Source of the DNA: Vitrella brassicaformis CCMP3155
Lineage: Eukaryota > Protista > Chromerida
Assembly (NCBI GenBank): GCA_001179505.1
Contig: CDMY01000685.1
Coordinates: forward strand, 1 to 30,797
Length of the DNA stretch: 30,797 nt
Direction: 5' to 3'
The notes under the pieces were generated by a model, which saw only the letters and a program-made list of their open reading frames with translations, had not been told where the DNA came from and did no database searches. Position 1 is the stretch's first letter; the number at the start of each line of letters is the position of its first letter. The position numbers and the translations under genes were made by a program. Positions 25,801 through 30,797 of the stretch are shown piece after piece.

Positions 25801-28800
25801 CGCATCGATCTCAGGCACTCGACCGTCGCCAAGGATCGCCTCTGCGCTCTCTATCAGCACTCGCAGTACCTCCTCGCGATCGGCTGGCGAGGGCTGCGGT
25901 GGGGAGTCCGGGGCAGGCGGGGAGTCGACAGCCGCCCGAGAAGAAGGGGTGGTGGGGACTCTCTCAGACGCGTCCTCAGGAGCGGGGGGCTCGGCAACCC
26001 ACTCCTTGCGAAATGTTGGCGTCTCGGGTGGTGCGGCTGCCGATTTCAACCGCGCCACCTCACTCATGGTGACGGACAGCAGGACGCCAGCCTGCTCGCC
26101 GCTCTCGATCAAATCCTTGGTCTTCTGGCGCTGGATCTTGCCGCTGGTTGTCTTCGCGATGCTCCTTGGCTTCAGCAAAGACACTCGGTGCACTGGCATG
26201 CCCAGCTTGGCGGCGACGTTGCCTCCGATGTGCTGCGCGAGTGTTTTGAGGACCTCCTCCTCACTCGCCTTGCGATCTTGCCCGAGGCCCAGACGCCTGC
26301 CGAGCCATCCCAGTGAAGTGCGATGCGCGGGGGTGTCGGCCCTCGCCGGGTCCGCCATGTAGGCATCCACTCGCTCAGCGAGCTTCTCAGGTCGGACCTC
26401 CACAGCTATGCCAACCATCTCGCTGCCGTCCACCTCCACGGCGAATGCGGCCGTGCAGCCGGGTCGGGCCGCATCGCTGTGGGACTCTATCTCCTCCTCG
26501 ATATCCTGCAGGCACAAGACAGGACAAGACAAGACGCAACCCAGCCAGTAGGCGACATGAGGTTGTTCGTTCGTTGGTCATGTGTGTACCTGTGGGAAGT
26601 AGTTGCGTCCTCTGATGACGATCATGTCCTTGAGTCTGCCGGCGATGAAGAGCTCCTCGTGGAAGAAGAATCCCCTGTCGCCGGTCTTCATGAAGGAGAG
26701 GCCCTCGGTCTCCTCGTCCAGCTCCAAAGATCCATCGCCCTCACGCCTGGGCGCTAGCCTCGCGTGGAAGGTCTCTTGACTGAGCTCGTGATGCTGGAAG
26801 TACCCCTGCGCTGTGCTCCCAGACTTGACCCACACCTCGCCGACGCGGCGCTCCGGCAATGGGCGCAAAGTCTCGGGATCGACTATCACGACTGATAGAC
26901 ACAAGGCACGCAGGCAGCAAGGAAGCGACAAGCACGATACGATGAGGGCGAGGATGGTCGTGTCTGTCGGTGTGCTCTTCCCGTTTTGTACCTGCGACCC
27001 CTGGGTATGGGACGCCGCAGCCCACAAGTCGCCTGCGCCCATCCGATTCGCCCTTGTCGTTATCCCGCACCCCCCGCCAATGGTCAAATACCTCAATGAT
27101 GCCCTAATCACACGTATGGAAACACGACAAACGAGTGGACGAGTCCCGCGCGTGGCTGGTCCAACCATGTGTGCATGTTTGTGCAGTGCAGTGCCCACCT
27201 GTTTGGTCATCTTGTCGATGTTGACCTCCACGACCAAAGGGAGGGTCGTAGAGGTCTTGCGCCCCGTCACAAAGAGGGTGTTCTCAGCCAACCCAAACGC
27301 CGGCAGGAAACCGCTGGCACGAAGACCTCGAGGCTCGAATTTCTGACATATACACGACAGACAGACCACAGACAGACAGACAGACAGACACAGACGGCAG
27401 TGTGCTGTTTGCCGTGTCGGCGCCTCTTGCCCCCCTCTCTCTCTGTCTCTCTCTCTCCCTTACTTTGATGAATTTTTCGACGGTAGAGTATCTGATGGGC
27501 TCAGCCCCACAGAGGAAGCCCACGGTCTTGCTGAGGTCGAGCCTCCGCCAGACGTCATCGGGTATCTTCCGCGTCACGAGCTCAAACCCGAAGTTGGGCG
27601 ACGCACATGCAGTTGCCTCGTACTTGGACATACACTCGAGCCACAGGTGGGGCTTGCGGATGAAGTCCAGGGGCGACATCATGTAGATCGTCTGCCCGAA
27701 GAACAGAGGCGCGCAAAGAAACCCTATCAAACCTGCAACATACACAACACACAAGCAACACACACGGAGGCTTATGTGTACGTCCTGGCCGACCGATGGC
27801 TGCTCTGCTGCCCCTGTCTGTCTTGTTGGTTGCTCAGTTGATCTGATCACTCACTCACCCATGTCGTGATATGCGGGGAGCCATGAGAAACATCTCAGCT
27901 CATGGCCCAGCGCCCTCCATGAGATGGCCTCGCGAGCTCTGCACACACAACACACCACACCACACCATGAGGGGAGAGGGGGAAGAGAAAGTGTGTGCAC
28001 GTCGATGCGTCTGTCTGTGTGTATGTGTCGAGGGTTTGTGTACCTGAAGAACTCGGAGTACTGGTGGTATGGGTAGTCGGCAATACTGATGCTGCAGGAG
28101 GGGTCTTCGACCCGTGCATCGAAGCCGAAGACCGACACGCACAAGTGGACGTTGTGGACGAGGTTGCCATGTGACACCATGACGCCCTTGGGGTGACTCG
28201 TCGACCCACTCGTGAACTGCAGGAAGGCGAGATCATCGCACCGCAGTGGCGGCGGGCTGAAGGATGCCGCCCGCCCCGTCTCACTGGACCGCCTCGTTAT
28301 CGTGTCAGTCGTCGTCCATCTAATGGATCTCCAAAAAGGATCTGAAGCCGCTGCTGAAGTCCACCCCAGCGCCTGCACGACCCGGTGATAGGTCGTGTTG
28401 GTCAAGGTGGCCTTGGCCTCCGTCGTGGCGGCAATCTTGCTGAGCCGCGGCACATCGATGGTGACCTTGCTGGGGTCTGGTGGGTACACGGGGACGGCCA
28501 CCACACCCGCATAGAGGCAGCCGAAGAAGGCCACAGCGAAGTCGTGGCCAGGCGGGTAGCACAGGACCGCCCTGTCACCCACTGTCAGCCCGAGGGTCTC
28601 TGAGAGGTGGTGGGCGATGGTCTTGGCGCGGCCATGCAGCTCGCCAAAGGTGACAGTGGTGGCGACCTTGCCGTCGCTGCCGAGGCAGTTGAGTGCGGGT
28701 TTTGGGGGGTGGTCGTGGGCCATCTCGTCGAGCATGGAATAGATGGCATGTTGGCCTCGTCTCCGGTTGCAGTAGAACTGATACAGATCAGCAGCCCCCG

Positions 28801-28900
28801 ACGCGGCCGCCACTCCGAGTGAATCATCCTCGCTGGAGGAGGACGTTCGTCGGGACCTCTCGTGCTTGTCAAGCGTCGAATCGCCGTCCTCTGGCGCCAT
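1..28900 (-). CDS. Giant modular type I PKS/FAS (FAAL-primed, at least 4 extension modules, single embedded AT, one C-methyltransferase); 13 exons in window, 3' end outside window
   Basis: Exons (minus): 28900-28044, 27938-27859, 27732-27464, 27342-27199, 27103-26992, 26891-26590, 26505-25724, 25598-24568, 24450-20903, 20794-16936, 16834-7271, 7017-2702 (spans N gap and duplication), 2639-<1. All 12 junctions are GT..AG, cumulative phases match, and splicing restores conserved motifs (HDMG|LIG, NYFPQ|DIE, PGDPG|APGGDC). Four KS (DTACSSS/HGTGT/GHLEG) and four ACP (G[IV]DS[IL]G) motifs are present. Confidence 0.93.
1910..3280 (-). CDS. Module 4 ketosynthase (KS4)
   Basis: VVGAACRLP, IDTACSSSL, intron 2701-2640, then ALVGGVNLMLSP, ETHGTGT, NIGHLEGSAG, SSFGFGGANAH. 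The part after the intron was translated by hand because it runs off the window and is missing from the ORF track. Confidence 0.92.
2640..2701 (-). other. Intron 12 (62 nt, phase 1), within KS4
   Basis: G|GTAAGT...GTGCAG|GA; joins VTNGLG to TTGALVGGVNLM. Confidence 0.88.
3370..9460 (-). CDS. Module 3 DH - pseudo-KR - ER - KR - ACP4 (no AT); ER C-terminus/KR appear twice around the N gap
   Basis: DH: HAVSKRSVMP and HPAILDG. ER: GLNFRD...PGDPG|APGGDC across intron 7270-7018, [44 protein letters not shown] at about 3470-3500. Confidence 0.88.
3870..6651. repeat. Near-identical 1,241-bp direct duplication (3870-5110 vs 5411-6651) flanking the gap
   Basis: Constant offset of 1541. Both copies end exactly at the gap edges. 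About 8 substitutions found by eye. Confidence 0.95.
5111..5410. other. Assembly gap (300 N)
   Basis: Run of n in the sequence. Confidence 1.
7018..7270 (-). other. Intron 11 (253 nt, phase 1), within ER3; microsatellite-rich
   Basis: G|GTAAAC...GACCAG|GT; (TGAC)n, (TGTC)n, (GACA)n and (TGAT)n patches on the + strand. Confidence 0.92.
9540..10830 (-). CDS. Module 3 ketosynthase (KS3)
   Basis: VVGVACRLPGG, IDTACSSSL, ETHGTGT, NVGHLEGSSG, SSFGFGGANAH. Confidence 0.95.
10940..11180 (-). CDS. ACP3
   Basis: [37 protein letters not shown]. Confidence 0.93.
11930..12900 (-). CDS. SAM-dependent methyltransferase domain, PKS C-methyltransferase type
   Basis: ICEVGAGTGATT (motif I, 12436-12456), YFFTDLG, FNVE, IAVNVLHAT (12218-12235), LKPDGLLIISE, FGLLEGWW (12087-12110). 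Confidence 0.88.
14290..17790 (-). CDS. Module 2 DH - pseudo-KR - ER - KR with His in place of catalytic Tyr
   Basis: DH: HVVAKQLIWP and SPRVLDG (intron 16935-16835 near its end). ER: GLNFRD and [21 protein letters not shown], YGPK, but GQSNHGAAN (CAT codon at 14553-14555). Confidence 0.9.
16835..16935 (-). other. Intron 10 (101 nt, phase 1)
   Basis: G|GTACGA...TGACAG|GT; links the 1314-aa and 3198-aa ORFs. Confidence 0.88.
17900..18820 (-). CDS. Acyltransferase (only AT in window), predicted malonyl-CoA specific
   Basis: VFLFTGQGSQ, QPALF, GHSLGE (catalytic Ser), AAVNGP, HAFH (18221-18232; established malonyl-type fingerprint), FIEIGP. Confidence 0.92.
18900..20170 (-). CDS. Module 2 ketosynthase (KS2)
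   Basis: VVGMSCRLPGG, VDTACSSSL, ECHGTGT, NIGHLEGAAG, SSFGFGGTN. Confidence 0.95.
20250..23980 (-). CDS. Module 1 DH - structural pseudo-KR - ER - KR - ACP2 (no AT)
   Basis: DH: HVVQGMAVVP and HPALVDG. ER: GLNFRDVLNVMGLYPG and [44 protein letters not shown] (Ser codon 20363-20365). No GHSxG/GQG AT motif between KS1 and DH1. Confidence 0.92.
20795..20902 (-). other. Intron 9 (108 nt, phase 0), within KR1
   Basis: GAG|GTGAGC...CTTCAG|CGT; joins YRQSSE to RPSMSIQWG. Confidence 0.88.
24040..25480 (-). CDS. Module 1 ketosynthase (KS1)
   Basis: VVGAACRLPG, MDPQQRLLLE, LDTACSSSL (Cys), ETHGTGT and NIGHLEGAAG (both His), SSFGFGGTNAH. Contains intron 24567-24451. Confidence 0.95.
24451..24567 (-). 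other. Intron 8 (117 nt, phase 1), within KS1
   Basis: G|GTCCGT...TTCAG|GC. The stop-free 39-codon read-through (PSVIHKRD...CCCVVCFVHS) is not KS-like. Confidence 0.85.
25530..25890 (-). CDS. ACP1 (loading acyl carrier protein)
   Basis: EEVLRVLIESAEAILG...LLELGVDSIGAVEFTDLVASRLNI|SLEPSLIFNYPTL, interrupted by intron 25723-25599. Confidence 0.9.
25599..25723 (-). other. Intron 7 (125 nt, phase 2), within ACP1
   Basis: AG|GTACCT...CCCCCCAG|C. Confidence 0.88.
26100..28900 (-). CDS. Loading domain: fatty acyl-AMP ligase (FAAL-type adenylation domain), exons 1-7
   Basis: Motifs LAFLQFTSGSTSHPKGVMVSHGNL, SWLPAYHDMGLIG (FAAL signature, split by intron 2), FGLAENTLFVT, KTGDRGF, GRLKDMIVIRGRNYFPQDIE and catalytic Lys in KTTSGKIQR. 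The N-terminus is Ser/acidic with no obvious signal peptide. Confidence 0.9.
26506..26589 (-). other. Intron 6 (84 nt, phase 0)
   Basis: CAG|GTACAC...(TCTTG)n...TGCAG|GAT; restores NYFPQDIE. Confidence 0.92.
26892..26991 (-). other. Intron 5 (100 nt, phase 1)
   Basis: G|GTACAA...ATCAG|TC; restores V-VIVDPET. Confidence 0.8.
27104..27198 (-). other. Intron 4 (95 nt, phase 0)
   Basis: CAG|GTGGGC...GATTAG|GGC; opens a 112-nt exon encoding LVGCGVP (FAAL-like). Confidence 0.75.
27343..27463 (-). other. Intron 3 (121 nt, phase 0)
   Basis: AAA|GTAAGG...(GA)n,(TGTC)n...GTCAG|AAA. Confidence 0.9.
27733..27858 (-). other. Intron 2 (126 nt, phase 1)
   Basis: G|GTGAGT...TTGCAG|GT; removal restores HDMGLIG. 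Confidence 0.92.
27939..28043 (-). other. Intron 1 (105 nt, phase 2)
   Basis: AG|GTACAC...GTGTGTGCAG|A; GT-repeat-rich; length 3n and stop-free. Confidence 0.8.
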
Positions 28901-29101
28901 AAAAAGCTGCCTGAGCTCTGAACCTCTCCGCCTGCGGAACGGTCGGAGATCTCCGCCTGCGCTCTAAGCCCCTCTCTCAGTGACACAATGTCCTGGGCCA
29001 TGTGGGGTGGAGAGGGAGGGCATAGTGGGCGCACCCGCACGGCTTTACGACGACAGATAGGCTCCTGCACATCGTGTACGGGAGGTAAAAGTTTTCCGCA
29101 A

Positions 29102-29129
29102 AACTAAACCCTAAATCTCAAACCCTAAA
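29102..29129 (+). promoter_or_regulatory. Degenerate telomere-like heptamer array / telo-box (AACTAAA CCCTAAA TCTCAAA CCCTAAA) in an AT-rich island about 200 bp upstream of the PKS ATG
   Basis: Two perfect AAACCCTAAA (29106-29115, 29120-29129) in period-7 register. A regulatory role is inferred only. Confidence 0.5.
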
Positions 29130-29137
29130 ATAGACCA

Positions 29138-30218
29138 GTGAGTGAGAGGGAGAAGCGGGAAGAGATGTCGGCCCGCACAAATGCGCTGCACAGACCACTC
29201 TGGCGTCTATATGACACAATTCTCTTCCTCTTCATTGCGTCATGCAGATCCTTGCCGTGAACGAGATGCTGGCGGCGCTGGTCGGTGATTCTCTCCTCGT
29301 GCTCCAGCTGGAGCCACACTTTGCGAGCACGTGCAACACCTGGAGAGCGCCCGACGTGGCAATCTGCCGCCCGTGGACCTGTTCAAGGGGCTGAAGATGA
29401 GGGAGTTTCGTTCAAGTATGTCAAGAAAGGGAGGCCTTTCGCAGGATGGCTGATGCTGTGGGACGCAAGCACGCAGGCCTCGGGTAGGTCTGTCGCCAGA
29501 TGAACTGCAATTGCTCATTTGTGTTCTGTTTCTCCAGCCACACCGTCAGCGGCACGGCGCAGGGCAAGGGCTCCGCCATCAGATGTGCTTAGTCTGCTTC
29601 ACCCAGTGAGTCGCGGGAAGAACCTCAGGCAGACACCACCTGCTGCTGCTGGTGGTGGTGGTGGTGGTGGTGGTGGTGGAGGGGGCAAATGGATTGGGGT
29701 GCTGGAGCAGGTCTTGTATGCCCTGTGGTTGGTGCTATATGGACCGAGGGAAGAGAGAGAGAGAGAGGCAGGTCATGACTTGCCCATTTGCGTGGGGCGT
29801 CGGCGCCATTCAACTCAGCCCAATCGCATGACCAGCACCACACTGGCGGCTGGCGAAGGCTTTATGAAGCATTCAGGAAGGCTAAGAGGACGTTCATCGA
29901 GACGGGCAGCCAACCGGTCAGTCAGTCAGTGATAGAGAGGTCGCGTCCGTGAGTACACGCCCATTCATACACATGTGCTGTCTTCTGCTTGGCTGCATGC
30001 AGGATGCCTTCCCGGAGGTGCTCGCGAGCCTCACACTCTCTGTGGCGGAGACGCCAGCCCAGTCGCTCCACCAACGAGGCGCGTCGCCCATGCAAAGTGG
30101 GGCGTCGTCGCCCATCAGCTCAGCCCAATCGCGGCTGAGTGAGCCGACGGATGACCACCACACCTGCTCTCTAACGCCCCGATTCGCCATCTCATGCGAG
30201 TCGATTGGCATCGGCTGA
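29138..30218 (+). other. Possible divergent spliced transcript of unknown product (coding status unresolved)
   Basis: Plus-strand donors GTGAGT (29138, 29606), GTATGT (29416), GTCAGT (29917). Acceptors CATGCAG (29247, 30002) and TCTCCAG (29537). Splicing 29917-30002 joins GGWRRLYEAFRKAKRTFIETGSQP in frame to DAFPEVLAS...IGIG* (stop 30216-30218). I could not build a complete start-to-stop model. Confidence 0.35.
29641..29677 (+). repeat. Trinucleotide microsatellite (TGC)3 + (GGT)9
   Basis: Direct reading: tgctgctgc t (ggt)x9. Confidence 0.9.
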
Positions 30219-30685
30219 GCGGGAACGAGAACGACAGCGTTGACGTCTGTGATGCCTTGGCGCCATGGCATCAGCCAACATCGAAGTGGCCAGCTCGGCA
30301 ACTGCTTCCTGGTCTGACCCCAAGTGAGGGAGGTTTGCTGAATGACACTCGTACGCGCTGCCTCTCGTGCTTATCATGTCCACACAAGCGGGAGGAGGGA
30401 GCCAACCACACACACTCCGGTTGTGTCGGCGCGTGATGTGTGTGCGGGGAGGGTTCTTTTTTGTACCACTAGTTGAGTATAGGCACTTCACCTTCAATAA
30501 GCTCGCATGATGGCAAGGGGGCTTCTCCATCGCAGGAGGCCATGGAGGCATAAGACGGAGCACGGCATCAGCTCCGCCTCCCCCTGACGGTCCTGGCGAC
30601 ATGCGATTCATCGGAGGAGGTCGACATCTGCAGGAGGCGCACCGGAGATGCAAAAAGGCTGACTGGGATAATTGAACCACTCGAT

Positions 30686-30797
30686 GCATCCTCGTGTGCT
30701 CCACTTAGGTATGCACGAGGACTCAGGTATGCATCCTCGTGTGCTCCACTCAGGTATGCATCCTCGTGTGCTCCACTCAGGTATGCATCCTCGTGTG
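30686..30797 (+). repeat. 27-bp tandem repeat (GCATCCTCGTGTGCTCCACTCAGGTAT), continues past window edge
   Basis: Units at 30686-30712 (1 mismatch), an 18-bp variant at 30713-30730, 30731-30757, 30758-30784, and a partial unit at 30785-30797. Confidence 0.92.

Noticed and set aside
3370-25890. Beta-branching ACPs or non-elongating KS0 domains
   Set aside because: No Trp flag downstream of the ACP serines, no HMG-CoA synthase/ECH domains in the window, and all four KSs keep Cys-His-His.
26578-27369. 263-aa ORF as a single FAAL exon
   Set aside because: It reads through two introns and a 112-nt exon in the wrong frame. Spliced exon 5 supplies the FAAL-like LVGCGVP, which the read-through lacks.
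26100-28900. NRPS amino-acid adenylation domain (hybrid NRPS-PKS)
   Set aside because: WLPxYHDMGLIG and GLAENTL are FAAL-type motifs, and there is no condensation domain or NRPS-type A-domain core in the window.
1-28900. Bacterial trans-AT PKS cluster or contaminant
   Set aside because: Twelve spliceosomal GT-AG introns with consistent phases show this is a resident eukaryotic gene.
29625-29843. Poly-His/poly-Gly/poly-Thr ORFs around the (GGT)9 repeat as a real protein
   Set aside because: The low-complexity tracts arise from the microsatellite in any frame, and nothing independent supports a particular frame.
30686-30797. CRISPR array
   Set aside because: The 27-bp units are head-to-tail with no unique spacers, there are no cas genes, and the context is eukaryotic.

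Overview
About 29 kb of this window is one intron-containing eukaryotic gene on the minus strand. It starts at ATG 28900 and is still open at position 1. It encodes a giant modular type I polyketide/fatty-acid synthase. I traced 12 GT-AG introns by hand and all exon phases match. Collapsing a 1,241-bp duplication around the 300-N gap gives 25,962 coding nt (8,654 codons) inside the window. Domain order: FAAL-ACP | KS-DH-ER-KR-ACP | KS-AT-DH-ER-KR(Tyr->His)-[~1,000-aa insert: degenerate pseudo-KR/ER + intact C-methyltransferase + degenerate KR]-ACP | KS-DH-ER-KR-ACP | KS-DH-ER... (truncated; no release domain visible). Only one of four modules has an AT (malonyl-type). The GC-rich sequence, short microsatellite-rich introns and FAAL-primed architecture suggest an apicomplexan-related alveolate such as a chromerid (Vitrella-like). 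That assignment is inference, not a database result. Upstream lie a degenerate (CCCTAAA) telomere-like array, splice signals for a possible divergent plus-strand transcript, and a 27-bp tandem repeat running off the right edge. Domain boundaries are approximate and were read from motifs without HMM searches.
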